Positions 13,094-27,742 of a stretch of DNA of 64,000 nt are shown here, in pieces. This DNA comes from Paramecium tetraurelia (taxonomy: Eukaryota): positions 199,204 through 263,203 of the forward strand of contig CT868407.1 of the NCBI GenBank assembly GCA_000165425.1. The letters are read 5' to 3'. The notes under the pieces were generated by a model. The model ran no database searches. It was not told where the DNA came from and worked only from the letters and a program-made list of their open reading frames with translations. The position numbers and the translations under genes are program-made. Numbering within the stretch: position 1 is the stretch's first letter; every line of letters begins with the position of its first letter.

Positions 13094-14328
13094 ATGAAAG
13101 TGGGAATTATTGGAGGAATTAGTTCATATTTGAGTTATTTAGTTTGGAATAACTATAATAGCAATCAAGTTGAATTGTATTCATTAAATAATGAATTGCA
13201 AAATGAAATTGTCAAAAACTGTCCATCTCTTACATCTTATAGACCTCCTGCATTTTATTGTGGATTTCTACATACAGTAATTCCCACTATCTCAAGACCA
13301 AAAGAGAAGCACATATCTTTTTTCGAGAAGTTAGGGGATACAGGCATTTCAGTAGATTTTGTGGATAAGGGACAATCAATTAATTCTAATCAACCATTAT
13401 TATTAATAATTCCAGGATTGACAGGAAAAGTGTAAAATGGGTAAGCGTAAATATTTAATCATTTAGTTATGTGAATAGCCTCATTACGTAAGCTCATCAA
13501 TATGGCTTTAATAATATTGGCATTTACACTTATAGGATGTTATCAAAGGATGCCGATTTCCATTTTGTGCCTCCCTTTTAAGATTATGGAATTGATTTTC
13601 AGGGGGCAGACAAGGAATATTTTAGGGATGATGTTGTTACTGGGTAAACGACAAGGATAGATTTACCAGCTGATTTACACTACACGTTAAAATATATAAA
13701 GGATAAATACAAATTCAAATAGATATTAGCCATTGGTTGTTCTTATGGTGGCGTGTAATTAGGAAATTATTTAGGAAGATTTTAAGAGCATTCATATATT
13801 GATGCGGGTGTAACTGTATGTTCACCACATAATATCACTGATTGCGAAAGCAATATTTCCACTATCATGGATTTTACAATGACATATATATTAAGAAGAG
13901 GATTGAATATAAATAGACATTTATTTGATGATCAAAAAAATTATCCATAGCAATGGAAACCATCAATATCTAAAGCAATGAATTCTTTGTTTGTTCATCA
14001 ATTTGATAGGTATTATACATCTCAAATATATGGATATAAATCTGAAGTTGAATATTATAAACATTTTTCTTCATCTGATAGATTTTCGCACATTAAAATA
14101 CCTATGTTATGTATAGCTTCCAAAGATGATTATGCTGTTAACATAAAAGCATTGTCTTTAGATAAATTACTTTCAAATAAATAAACAATTGTTTGTTTAG
14201 CTCAATGTGGAGGGCACATAGGTTTTTTAGAAGGTTTGAATGCTGATAGCACTTGGTTTCCAAAACCTGCTTTGGAATTCTTACGACATTTTTCAAAGGA
14301 ATAAAAAATAGAATTTAAAGCTATATGA
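13094..14328 (+). CDS. Alpha/beta hydrolase, ABHD1/2/3 (YheT/EHT1)-like
   Basis: LLLIIPGLTG, nucleophile elbow GCSYG, IKIPMLCIASKDD, GGHIGFLEG. One intron at 13441-13466, otherwise open. Confidence 0.9.
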
Positions 14329-14340
14329 TATATTATATAT

Positions 14341-14938
14341 TCAAATACATCAAAGTATTCAGTGATTTCATCAACTTCCTTAATTCCAAAATCACCGAAG
14401 AATTAAGTAAGCACAGAGCCTTTTTGGAGCTCCAAAACTATCTAATTGATTAATAACTTTCGTTTAATCTTCAATAGTGAAGTTGATATAGTATTCAAAA
14501 ACATTTTAATTAAAACAGAGAAGTACTTTAATAGATTCAATTTGGGATCCTAATTATTGAATTAATTTTTTGTTATTTTATGGAAAATTAGATTCAGATA
14601 ATTATTCTTCTTTCAATTCTTAGCTTTATTAATGGTAAAGTCACCAAAAGGATCCCCAGATCCTTTTAAATCACATATTTTTCATAATATCATAATCAAT
14701 ATGTAATGCTTAATGCTTAATACATCAGAAAGTGTTTAATAAGATATCTCTTGCTTACTTCACTTCTGTATCTTTCTTTCTAGCAACTTTCACTACTGTA
14801 TGAGCACCCTAGCTAATCCAATTTATATCTATCCTCAAATTTAAGTGCAGCATCAAATTGATTAAGTGTAATAATTTCTGAATTTATTTCATCCTCATTG
14901 ACTGATATCTAAAATTTAAGACGATGACCAACATTCAT
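14341..14938 (-). pseudogene. Protein-kinase remnant with most of the catalytic domain deleted
   Basis: MNVGHRLKFQISVNEDE...FEDRYKLDQLGAHTVVKVARKKDTE resembles subdomain I-II with a shortened Gly loop. An in-frame TGA follows, and no HRD/DFG motifs appear before a C-terminal-like tail. Confidence 0.45.
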
Positions 14939-16445
14939 TTTATATATAATATTAAATACATGAGTTTATTTCATAACCATATCAAATTAGTTTCCTAACT
15001 AATCTAAATTAGAAAAGAATTAATCCTGACTATAAATTGAACAAAAAGACAAAGGCTTATTCAGCAGGGATCCATTAAAATGTTTGAATCCTTTCTTCCT
15101 AAATCTTCAACTATTATTCTGATGCCAACAGGAACTTGTTTTTGTTGTTATGAATTGTTATGAATTTTACTATCTAACTTATTGTTTCTAGTTTTGATGA
15201 TTATCACTTCCATTATGACTTTTATTAAGATTGCTGATCATATTTCTTTAAATCTTAAAGCTTTCTAAAATAGCCAAACTCCAACAAATAATTCATTTAT
15301 ATTTTATTTTATTTCTCTAATGCTAATTGAACCTCTGTTACATACCTTACAAAAATTAAATTATAAGGTCTTATCTATTAAAATATTCTGAAAAAAGATA
15401 TCCGTTGAGCGAAATAGATAATTCTTATCGATATTCTTTTTGTGATCTAATTATACAATAGATTTGGGGCTGAAGTAAATTTCCTTATAATCACCCAACC
15501 TTAATTCTGCTATTTAAGGACGCCTATTGGTCTAATTTTCACTAATAGCTTATTTTCATAAAAATTAATATTGTATCAATTTTTGGTCAATTATGCAATT
15601 TATAATTTTGGATTTTACTAATATTATGTTATTTTTAACATATTTTCTATATCTTAAATATTCAATATAATCATTTGTAATATTTATCTGATCTCTCTAA
15701 AATATCTTAGTCAAGTTTCTTCGTTAAATCATAACTTGATTTATTATTTTATATGGTTATAATTGCAGCATTTTGTAGTACTTCCTTATAAAAATATTAA
15801 ATTCCTTAATCGAAGATTTTTAAGCAAATGGTATCTTGAAAATATTTTATTTTTTTTGGTTTATAAAATTCAATATAAAATTTAGTCTATAATCATTTAA
15901 ATCTAAATTTTAATTCTTTAATAATAATTGATATTATCCAAAGTATAATATTCTCTAGTTAGCGTGTGAAAATTACAAAATAATATATTCATATTCTCCT
16001 TCGTCATTTAAAATACTATCAAATTCAGAAATTTACATATTGAATTCATTTATATTAACTTAAATTTTTGCAAGATATAATTTTACTGATCTTCTAAATT
16101 TACTTTGGTAATTCTTCTTAAATATTGTGCTTATTTATTTTGATAATTTAATCTAGTTCACTAAATTAGTTGTGAATTATTCAATTTTTAAGATATTTAA
16201 TTGCATCATTTAACGAATTCCTCCTTAAATTTGATTCCACATTCATTATTAACAACATTTAACAATGCAACAATATAATTCTTAAATTGATTATATTTAT
16301 GAGATTCTAATTTTTTATTCAATATCTATTGAATAATATCTTTTATTGTTTACTATCTATACATTTTACCAACTTAATAAGAATTTTTTTATGGGTTGAT
16401 GGTTAAGGTGGAATAATTTTTGTAAAAAAATATTTATAAAATATC

Positions 16446-16860
16446 ATGAAATATAATATAATTAATCGGTTGAGGAGCCAATTTATATGCAAGTCTATTT
16501 TCACGCACCAACCAAGCATTTCAAACTGCCAACAAATTTAGGACAACGAAAGGATGGGAGAGTGTTTCAAAGGAGGAAGTATTAAAATGTTATTGAATTT
16601 ATAGGGTAAAATGGTTATGTTCCATTGAATCAAATTTGTATAGTATATTTTTTTTAGTTCATTAATTAAGACATCCATAATACTAAAAAGTTCTTCTAGA
16701 ATATGTATTATCTCCATAATTTTTCGAAATCTTTGTCGAATGTTTTGTAACTATTTAAAACTAAACTCGCACTTTTACAAAAATAGTTTTATTGATCTTC
16801 AACTTTCTCTTTTGACACAATTCAAGTCTTTATATATTTTAAATGCCTTTGAGGTTTAAT
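16446..16860 (+). pseudogene. Unidentified coding remnant
   Basis: GC-richer island in AT-rich DNA with an intron-like GTATT..TATAG (~16578-16603). No intact reading frame could be assembled. Confidence 0.25.
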
Positions 16861-17897
16861 AATTAGATTTTTCTATCATCTTCTTTGTATAATTAAATGA
16901 AAATTAGAAAAGTCTGCATGAAATTGAACAAACTTACATCTCAAATTTAGCTTTTATCTATGAAGTTCTTCATTATTCATTAATTTAAATTATAGTTTAG
17001 CCTTTTTAATTTATTAAAAATATATTAAAAATATATATAAAATTTCCAACGAATATCAATTATGATTCCTGATTTCAATAATGGGTATAGCCAGACAGAG
17101 AGTTTGATCCCAAATTTTTTGGAAAACTCAAATTTAAGAGACAACTTTTTAATAAAAAGAAATTTGAATAATTTTATATATAAGATTAATAATTCAAGAT
17201 TAAATTCATTAATCTAACATCTAAGCTCTCATAATGAAATATATAAACTCACATATTTTTTTCGTAAGTAATATGTCAAAAATTAGTTTAATCAATGGAA
17301 AAAATTCAAGAATTTATAAATTTCAACCCAATAATGATAAATGATAAATAACACATATTTTCAAATTGGATTGTAAGAAATAACTTAACTTTTAAATTGA
17401 ATTAAACAGCTTTGTAGAAGGAGGTAGAAATCTATAGGGAATCCATTTTAGAATATATTGTAGAATATTCCAATCGATTGACTATTGAATATTATTGAAT
17501 TTAATTGAAATGAAAAGTTTAGCATATATAACTATGATTTTTAGGTTTTTCAATGATGCTATTTTGTTGATGAAATATTGTGGGAATCAAGTGGTTTTCC
17601 AAAAATTTATTTTTATTCATTTATTTTAATTAATCCATAATCACGATAAATTGATCTTTTTAATATATTTTCTCCACCCCCATGTAGTTCTTTTTAATTT
17701 AACTAAGAAATCATCAGAGATCTGAATTAAAAGTATTGCATATCATTTTTAATGTCTCTTTTTTTAATTATTATTAATTCTAAAACGGTATCTAATAGAA
17801 AATATTGAAGTGATTATTTTTCTTTAATTTATTTCATTGCTCTAAGGAAATGGATTTTTAATTTTTTTCATTTACTTTAATTATTGCATTTTATTTT

Positions 17898-18470
17898 TCA
17901 CTTTTGTCTTTTACAACAGCAGATATAACTCAGATCAAAAATGAAATTTATTGCAATTTAGAAAGTTACAAACATTTAAATTTTAATCCTTTCTTTCTTA
18001 TCATTTTATCACTAAGATCCTATTTCTGGCTGTATGTATATTTCAGTCAATTTCAATTTGTTGTTGATTTCTTAGGTTGTCATGATGCTACACAAATATA
18101 TAGTTACAACAGTTGGAACAACACCCAAAAGAACAATAAATTCATAGTAAAAAAAAAATGAATATGCTTTTGAAGATTTGCTTGTTTGGCCTCAATAATA
18201 ACCTTGGATTCATATATAAAAGACAGTTTACATCTGCATAAGCTAATAGTAATTATGAACATTAAGCTAAAATTAGCTACGAACATTAAGCGAAAATCTG
18301 AATTTGATGCTGGGCAATATGTTATTTTATGCGTATTCTTATGTAAATGATCCAAGATATTCCAAAACCAATTACCCAGATAGTGGTGTTACAAATGCAT
18401 CTACTTATAATTATAGCAAAATCACATTTTTCAAGAATCGTGTTTGATATTTGGATTATAAATATTTTAT
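17898..18470 (-). pseudogene. Unidentified degraded gene
   Basis: Protein-like segments (KNVILLQLQVDAFVTPLSGQLVLEYLG...) in changing frames, with internal TGA and no ATG. Confidence 0.3.
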
Positions 18471-18486
18471 ATGATATAATATTTGA

Positions 18487-21400
18487 TCAACCCAAATAGA
18501 GCATTATTAATTTCAAATAGTTCTTAGCAATTTCTCCATTTCCACCGCATCTAATACCCATTCTTAAAAATTCTGTTGATTGATCAAGAGAGGATATGAC
18601 AACCTTTATTGGTAGATTTAAAATATTATTTTATTCTGGCGGCTTAATTATCAATTGTCCGCAAGCCCAAATCATTTGTAAACTTTCAAGAGAGGGAAAT
18701 GGTTGCCTTCAATATTAATTACGCTTTCAAATTTAATCCAACAGAAAGTAGTCCTCCTGTCTTTCTGAGCACTTCAGTCATTAGGATGTTAGAAGGTGTT
18801 GTGTTTCTTATAAAAGTATCTAATTTAAAATAGTTCTAATTGCTTAGATTGTTACTAATGATAATCTTAGAATAATTACGCAAAATCATCGAAGAATTTT
18901 GTAAACTTATCATGTTGCATATCAACAGGTTAAACAAATTTATTTGTATAAATAGGTAGATGGAATTCATGTTTCTTTTGTTATCCATTTTATTCATAAA
19001 AAATGGATGAAATAGGCAAAGTCATATTCCCATCATAGCTTAAAACTTGCATCATTACTTGAGGAAAATCTCCTTGTTTTATTGGTAAGATGTTGTACAA
19101 CATACCATTAGTTTAGGAATCTAGTATAGATAGATTAGATATTGGAGAAGTTCCTTCAAATTAGAAAGAAACCTACATATATATATACTGTTATTTGGAA
19201 TACCTTTCCTAGATGTCCACTTATTTCAGATTTATATTAAACTACTAATTCTCCAGGTTTGTCGACTACTTTTCCAACTTATGCAGTTAGCAACACTTTA
19301 ATTTAATTTAAATTGCTAATAGTCTGAGACTTTAAGTTATTCTCCTGGAGGTGGAGGCACCATAATATTAATACCTTCAAGAGCGACTGATCCTTGGGAT
19401 TAATTCAAATAAGGGCATGCTTTCAACCAACTGAGATGCTTTTATAATTATTCAGGCTTGTTTTATAATCTTTATTCAGCCATTGCTATTTCCTGACTTG
19501 CTTAAATTCTGGCCTGATTTAAAAATGTAGGATCCTTTTGTTCTTTTGGATTTAATACCATTCCATAAATTCTCTTTGTAAGGGGATTATTTTATTAAAC
19601 TTATTCTGAATAGGGAGGTATTTTAACAACTATTTAATTAAGAGTTTGTCATCTTCCATTAACAAAGAGAAGTACTCAATTCCTCTTTATTAAATATCTG
19701 GATCAAAGTGTTCTCCATCTATTTGACAAATCATGATTGCTTAGTCTCTTAATTCTGGATATTTGCGCGCTAACTTTACAAAGTCGTTTAATAACATTTA
19801 TCTACTTCTTTCAGTACTAAATGTATAATGTTTGTTAAAAATATCGAATAGTTTTTAAGGTTCTTTATTTTATTCCACTAGCATTTAAGAATATTCACTT
19901 ATAATAAATGCTCCTATGCAAATCAAAGTTTTATGAACATGTGGCATGGATAATTAAGAAAACAATTTAGTGGCTGCATACTTTTATAATTCTTAGTTTC
20001 CTTCTTTTTAGAATCCTACAATAATTTGAATGATTCTAAACCAAATATCTTCAGTTACAAAATCTCCTGATGAATTTATAATCAATATAATTTAAATATA
20101 GGATCTAGAATCTTTTGAATATATAATTCTCACAACTACATCAATGTACCAATAGAGGTTCTCTGCAAATTTTTCAGATAGAATAGCTATTTTTAAAACT
20201 AAATTATCTTTAATTTGTAAATCTGCCCATTTTCAGCATAATTGAGCAATTCCTCCACTATTCTTTAACTTTTATTTGGACTACTTATTAGATATAGCAA
20301 ATCTAATGCTCTTTTTCTGATAGAAATATCATTATCTCTTCAAGATTTAAAAATAGTATTCAAATGGTCTTCTTAAGTATCACCTGCAAGTTTGACAAAT
20401 TTACACATTGTTTCTAATCCTAAATATCTTAAATTTGGTTCTTTAACTGATATGAAGATACCGAGCAATTTCAAAATATCATTCTTCAATTCCATTCCAA
20501 ATGCTCCATTATAAGTTATAATAAGATTCGCAGCTTCGAATAGAATGCCATGATCTACATTATTTTTATTAATGCTTTTTGTGACTTCTGTTTTTTTTTT
20601 TGATAATTTTAGTCAAACATTCTGTCAATTAACGATGAGAATCAGTTGAAGGAGGAGGTGTTGAGAAGAATGATAGAGCCTTCAAAATCTTTACCTGTAA
20701 CCATGGAGCAGGAGTGGCATAATAATTGTAATCCACAGGGCTGTCCTTTTGAATGGCAATTCTATGAAGCAAATTAATCAATTTTGGTGTGCAGTCTTCA
20801 AATATGGATGGGTTGTCTAACTAACATGTTCCTACCAATAACGAAGTAACAGCAGTCATAAATCCTAATGTGGGGTATCTTTGTATAAGTTACACATATA
20901 TAACTGACAAACATCTATTAAATACCTTAAGCCTATTAAGATGGCTAGAATTTGTCTTGATATTTTCTATACATTCTAAGTAAGCAAGCAAATGCCTTCT
21001 TTCGAACATGGAATGTTGATCTAGGCTCTGTCAATGCCAATTTCTAAACATCTTAATGCAAAGCATTGACTAATTCCTATGGTGCCTATGTTCCAACCAT
21101 TGTGAGAGCAAATGATTGAATTATTTCATATGCAGATTGTAGATCAACTCTTATCGAATGCGCTGCTTGTGTGGGTGAGTCATGTGTTTTTTCACTCACC
21201 AGAATTGAAGTGGCTACATATCCTGTGTATTTCTCACTAAATTTTGAAGAATTAATCAAGAAAGCGCACGCTTATAATCCAAAATCGACTTCATAACCTA
21301 ATTTAATAATACTCATTATTGCTACCTAAAATATTGATGTACAGCAATTTCCAAACGTATTTCTTTTTTTAATAACTAGCTAATCCTTTTTAAGATGTAA

Positions 21401-21516
21401 ATTTGCCTCTTATCTTTTACAATTCCTTCTCCACCCTTTTCTCTTCTTATTCCTTATTTTGAGCAATGACGAATGTCAGTGATGAATGTATTCAACCCTC
21501 TCATATTCGTACTCAT
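18487..21516 (-). pseudogene. AP2A: AP-2 complex alpha-adaptin, frameshifted copy
   Basis: MSTNMRGLNTFITDIRH, EEKRVEKELQKIRGKF, KKKYVWKLLYINILGYEVDFG, YYATPAPWLQVKILK, RDNDISIRKRALDLLY, DPDIQQRGIEY. Frameshifts near 21465, 20595, 20227 and 19633. Confidence 0.88.
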
Positions 21517-21819
21517 GACTTAATTAATCTTTTTACAATAATTCTATATATACTTTCAAAATTTTTAAATATGCAAATTGACATCTCCATAATAAAGATA
21601 TTATTATCATACCCATTCTCATATATGTTGAGGCATTCTCTTCTATCCAAATGCCTTCAATCCTTCTAATCTATCCTAATTGTGGCAAATTTAATAATAC
21701 AAATATTCCTCATTTTAAATTCTCTTTACATATCGACTTCAATTCCTTTATTAATATCTGCCTTGGCTGTTCTAACTCCTATTGGACTCTTAATTATTAC
21801 TCATTATACATTTTAAATA

Positions 21820-22315
21820 TCTATATCCATCTTCATATACATTATTAACTAATCCTATTTTTCATGAATCTTCAACATTTTATCTTCTTCCTATATAGTT
21901 AATTCTTATGCCAACGCTACACCAATCACCCTAGGTGTTTTTAGATTTAACACTTTTATATATATTACTCTCTTGGTATAATTGCTAATCCTATTTCAGG
22001 TAAGAAAATATAGATGACTTTGTTACTACTCTTAAATCACATGCCAAGGGCAATTCTAATCCTCCACCTAATTCAATTCATTTATCACTCAAATAACGGT
22101 TGAGGTAAGTTGGCAATTTCATTAAAGTATCACTTAAATTCTTTACGATTAATTAAGTCTCAAAGTTATTTAATCCTATCATTTTTCAAACAGTTGCAGT
22201 ACAAAATTACTTTGAAATTGATGATTTGAGTATAACACAATTGATAATTTTGAGGTTGCTTTTTCAATAATTGACTATCTCTTTTCAAGCAATAATTATT
22301 TAGATAATGCATTCA
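21820..22315 (-). pseudogene. Degraded gene, possibly 5-formyltetrahydrofolate cyclo-ligase-like
   Basis: MNALSKQLL..., IVLYSN and PRVIGVALAQELT...IHEKQDQLIM weakly recall MTHFS termini. Multiple TGAs and frame changes. Confidence 0.25.
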
Positions 22316-22719
22316 TTTAAAGGATTATTCAATTCAGCAATTGAAAATCCTTTAATTTCATCATGATTTTGACACAGTAGAGTCCTATTGAAAATTATAG
22401 ATTAATTTTTTACATATATTTATATTCAAGTAAGTTAATTCTAGGAGTATTATTATAATTTAATCATTACTCATTTTATTATTTTCTTAATATAGGATAT
22501 ATAACTTTTTTTTCCACTTATTGAATAAATAAGAAACATATTATTTAATTAACACTTTAACATTGAACAAACTTATTAATAATCAAAAACTATATCCAAT
22601 TGCAACATTTTACATTTTATAAAATATTATAATAATTTATTAGGTTTATTGTTTTTTAATGTTAATTTCTGAGTCTTGAGTTCTTAATTTATAGGTTTGG
22701 ATCATAAAATATTTATTTT

Positions 22720-23880
22720 ATGAATAATTATTCCAGAGATCCACCAAGCAAAATTTTGCTTCTTGTTATTACATAACTATCTCCAACCTTTCCACTTTGT
22801 AACGATCTTCTTTTCGAGCAATTCGCAAAATATGGTGATATCAAAAAAATTCTCATTTTCGAAAGAGGCAAGGCAAACAAAGCTTTTGTTGAATATTATG
22901 ATGTGAAACATGCCATAGAAGCAAGAAAGGATAAACTAGGCAAATATTTAGCTGAAGGGGAAGGAAAGTAGGTATATTTAAATAAGTTTAGACTTACCAT
23001 CCACTTCTCTCGTCTTAAAAATCTTGATCTAGAAGTTGTGGACAAATCTCGAGGAACAGATTACACTTAAGCAAGCAGCACAAATTCAGACACAATGAAG
23101 CACTCTAATACAGATGATCCCAACGTACTTAGATAATAGATTGAATCATTTACTCGTACTTTCACACAAACTTCTTAAAGAAATCTCACTCCTGCCAGAA
23201 ATGACGAAATTAACAACTTATTGAATTCAGATTCAGACGATGACATAGACATTTGGAAATAGCAGAAATAACAAGGACCACAAATATCTTAAGATGTTTA
23301 AAATATGATCACTCAAAAACCATCCAAAATTATTAAAGTGACATCTATCGACGATCGAGTTACTGCTAAAATGCTATATAATATTTTTAACAAATTTGGG
23401 AATGTTGAAGAACTTCTATACGAAAAGTAAATGCAAAGAGTCTTTGTCAGATACCAAACTATCGAGTTTGCTCAAATCGCCAAAGAATATTTAAATAATA
23501 TTTAATTTTTCGATCAATAAGTAATCAAAATATATTAACCTTAGTGGCGAATTTCTTATCACCCTTTATAACAGTTACAACCAACCACCATTTCAGATGA
23601 ATATATGATATACTACAACCCCAATGGACCAAAACTGATTGTTCCTTTATCAAAAACCATCATTCTTAGCGGCGTAATTGAAGCTATGGAAATATCAGAG
23701 ATGATGAGACTCGTTGCCAAAGTCCTTGGTAATTTATACCTTATATTATTAGAAATTAAAATAGTAGCTTCTGATAGTTTAGAAATAACTATGATGAATA
23801 TTTCAGAAACTTTAAAAATCATAGCAGTATTTTCTGACTATGAATACAAAAATTAAAAATTGATTATTTCTATAAAATGA
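22720..23880 (+). CDS. PTB/hnRNP-L-like multi-RRM RNA-binding protein
   Basis: SKILLLVI..LLFEQFAKYGDIKKILIFERGKANKAFVEY..LTIHFSRLKNLDLEVVDKSRGTDYT, then a second RRM VTAKMLYNIFNKFGNV. Three introns. Confidence 0.88.
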
Positions 23881-24406
23881 ATCTATTTTATAGTATATCA
23901 ATATCTAAATTATTAATTTTTTTCTCTACATATTCTCTGAAATTCAATTCTGATAAAAAAATATATCGAAAATTCAGCTTAAAAGAACAATAGTATAAAA
24001 CTATTATAGCTTCTAAAGAATAACTATATATTAACAATATAAAAGATTTTATATTTTTGAATTAATATAATTCATTAATATATAAAATGTGAACAAATAA
24101 TCTAATTTGAAATAATTTTTATATTTCAAAAGTTCATCAACAAAATTTCTATGAAGACTACTTTATTTGAATGAGTGATATATCCAATATCTTAATCAGT
24201 GGCTTAGCTTTCCTTATAATGTATTATTTGAATTTTCCAAAAAGTATTGCAATAACCTTAATGAGGCTAACTAATTTAAAATCAGAATATTTATTGAATT
24301 ATTGAAAAACCTTTTATATTCAATATTAATTATATTAATAAAATAAAAAATATAATTTATTTAGTAGTTCTTATGTTGAGCATTCAAAACTTAATAAAAA
24401 TAAATA

Positions 24407-25741
24407 TCAGATATGAATTACATTTGATTTTTTGAGTTACTCCTTCTTTAATTATTTGTTTAAAATCTAATCTAAGAGATATTTTTATTTCAGTCCCTCT
24501 AATTGTTAAATTTCATTTGCTCTTTTTAGTATTGAGATATTTAATTTGGTTTTCTAAGCGGATTTTTCAACTTGGTTTGATATATTTGATAGATCGACTT
24601 ACATTGGAGATTGTTCTAAAATATTGTATCTTAAACGTGGCTTTATTCTAGGGGACTCTTGATAATTCAACTTTGGTTAATGTTATCTCTCTGATTTTAT
24701 TTAATTGTTATCTCTTGCATAATTAGGATTAGAATCAGACATAGATCTTACTTTTTGAGACAGATTACTATTATTTTATCGGAAAGTTTGATGCTGATTG
24801 ATTGATTAATTATTTACTATTTCAAGCTAGTTTAAATATGAATCTTCCTCTTAATAAGGACCAATCAAGCTCAATATCAAATCATCATTTGGTACAATAG
24901 CATTTAGAGCATCCCATGTAACGATTGGAGTTTTCTTTTAATATATTTATTCTTTTGGTGCAGCATTTAGACTATAAGTAAGCTTAGTTAGAGGTTTAAA
25001 GTTGCTAATATGTTGTGTTACCTTTTTCTTTTAAAGGTGTTATATTAATTGAATTTTTTCAGGATATTTTTCAATCAATTCAGTTCCACTTGTAAACTTT
25101 AGTTCGAATTGCAACTTTTGCTTTGTTTTTTTCTCTCTTTCATTATTTTTATTATTTTCTGATTTTAATTTTCTTTATCTTAAAATTTCTTTAATGAGAT
25201 TTTCATCTTTGATATCAGGATGGAATAATTTGAATTAATAATGAAGCTCATCTTTTGTAAATCTTTATCTGTCATCTTTCATGTAAAATGGTTTACCAAG
25301 CAATTTCATTTTCTTTTAATTTTTTAACCAAACATCAAAACCAAGTTCTGAATAAAATTCACACAAATCAATTCCTCGATATAATGCTAACAAACTAAAC
25401 AATTATTCGAACTATTATAAATTGATGTTTTATCCATTAGTTGCACATTTCTTAAAAAGATCTTGGAGTTCTTGCTTATTAAGAAATTTAATGTTAAAAT
25501 CTCTACAAAAATGAAAGAATTTAGCTAAATTCAATTGATTACTCTCTTGAGATTATCTATCGAATGTTGCATTTACACCTATAGCATATGTTTATTTAGT
25601 GTAGAAGTGGAAGATTTATTGGATTACAGTGTTATTAGAGGGAACAGAATAACTATTTCTTCTTGTATTCTGTTCTTGAGTAGCCGTTGGAACATTTCTA
25701 AATACGGAACTCTCTTCAGATAATTTATTTTTGTTTTTCAT
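24407..25741 (-). CDS. Hypothetical protein with EF-hand/p25-alpha-like N-terminal region
   Basis: Intronless code-6 ORF with IQQIFHFYTKQ..LNLAKFFHFCRDFNI..QELQDLFKKCATNGQNINLQQFEQL. Confidence 0.7.
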
Positions 25742-25882
25742 TTAAAAAATATATTGAAAAAACTAAAATGATTGTATTAAATGAAAAATATTGAAAGAAT
25801 GAGAATGATAGGGATATATTATGGATTAACACAAGGAGAAGAATTCGATTTCGATAAGAATTAAAATAATTTATTAATAAAA

Positions 25883-27434
25883 ATGAGACACAAATCTCAA
25901 ACTGTTAATGACAGAGGATTGAAAAAATTATAAGCAGTAGATTATAAAAAATGCATATATAATTGTTTATTGATCAAACAAAAATTTATTGGAAGGGGTC
26001 CAAGGTACATTTATCTGTTTAAGAATCAAATTTGTATAGGAAAGGTATAAGTTTATTTTAGGATTTTAAGTCTCCTTTCATTTAAATTCCTGAACGATAA
26101 TTCCAAATAAATTAAGATATAAGAATATAGTGGTCTTATAAGAAAAACCAATTAAAATCAGTAATATTTTATGTAGGCGGAGAGCAATTAGAATACTTTG
26201 GGACCAATCAATAACTTAGAGAACTAAAATAAAAATGTGCTCTTTATGTATTTTAGGTCAAAATATAAGATGAATATCAAGCTGAGTCAATTTTAGGATA
26301 GGGATCATATGCTACAGTTCTGGAATTATCAAATTTATAAACTTAAAAACAATTTGCAGCCAAATGCATCGATTAATAACGTATCAATGAGAAAAAAAAT
26401 GGATATAAATAATTACTATAAGAGATAGAAACTATGCGTGTTCTCTCAGAAATAAAACATTAAAATATCTTATAATTATATGAACTCTATATAGGAAATC
26501 AAAATTACTATTTGGTAATGGAGGATCACTCTTGTCTTTGATGAAAAAGCGTCAGACACTTTTCATTAGATCTGAAATTAGAACAATATGAAATAATTAC
26601 TAGAAGGCCTAACGTTTATTCGCAGCTATAATATCATGCATAGAGATCTTAAGCCAGAATATATTGTTCATGAATAAAGATTTAGAATCCTTAGTCATAG
26701 CAGATTTCGGATTGGCATAATCAGTAGATTATCATCCATACACATATCCAAGGTGTGGTACTCCAGGATTTGTTGCTCCAGAAATTTTAGAATAAGATTC
26801 TGATTATGCAAAATATTCAGCTCTTTGTGATATATAGTGCTGGGGTGATATTATATGTTCTGTAAGTATTTATAACAATCTTAGATTGATAGGTGAACCT
26901 CTATTTGAAACCAAGGATAGGAAAGAGTAATTTGAATTGAATAGAAAATGTGATATTAATCTTAGTAAGTTTACCAATGATTTAATTAAATGATGTCGAA
27001 AGGATCTTTTGATTAAGATGCTCTCAGAGAATCCTGAATTCAGATGGTCAGCAAACAGTCTAGTAAAACATAAATTTTTCGTTTCTGATGATTAGATAGA
27101 GAGTGAGGTAAACTTCTATAAACTCAATAATATGTCCATGTATGATAAGCATAAGATATTAGTTTGAAGAAATCCATGATGCCAACGTTTCTCAAAAATC
27201 CATTTATGTAGAATTCGAAGAATTAAAACACAATCTCCTATTCATAGATAAAGAAATTGCACTTTAGTTATGTAGACTAACTTAAGATTTGATAAATCAT
27301 CTTAAGAATAATTAAATACTGCATAAGTAAATGGAATAGGATCTTTTGGGTTATTTAAAGATGAAATTAATTAAACAAACTTTTGAATAATAATAAATAA
27401 ATAAAACCTATGCTTACTCAATTTTCACAATTGA
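25883..27434 (+). pseudogene. CAMK-like Ser/Thr kinase with PH-like N-terminus, disrupted
   Basis: LGQGSYATV, FAAKCI, HRDLKPE, ADFGLA and CGTPGFVAPE are all present. A deletion after YLVME gives TGA at 26539-26541, with further frameshifts near 26588, 26660 and 26835. Confidence 0.88.
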
Positions 27435-27742
27435 TTTAACTTAAAATATATATTATTAAATTAATATTAATAAATCTAATTTACTAATTTAGACACTAAT
27501 TCTATCTTGTTTAACTACATATTTATCATAATAAGATGGAAACTCTAGTTATTTTTCATTCAAAGAAGATATTTTTATTCAAGAAAACAATTGTATAATC
27601 ATGAATAAATATCGCTTAACAAGCAAAAGCTTGATATTTTTTTTAGTTGAATACTAAGAGATTTTAAGAATATATTAATAATATTACATATAACTTAGCA
27701 TAATTGAATTCTAAATAATAATCTATTAATATTATATATTAT

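Noticed and set aside
15560..17700. Long AT-rich stretch as a ncRNA or regulatory locus
   Set aside because: No recognisable structure or repeat. It is more simply explained as eroded gene remnants.
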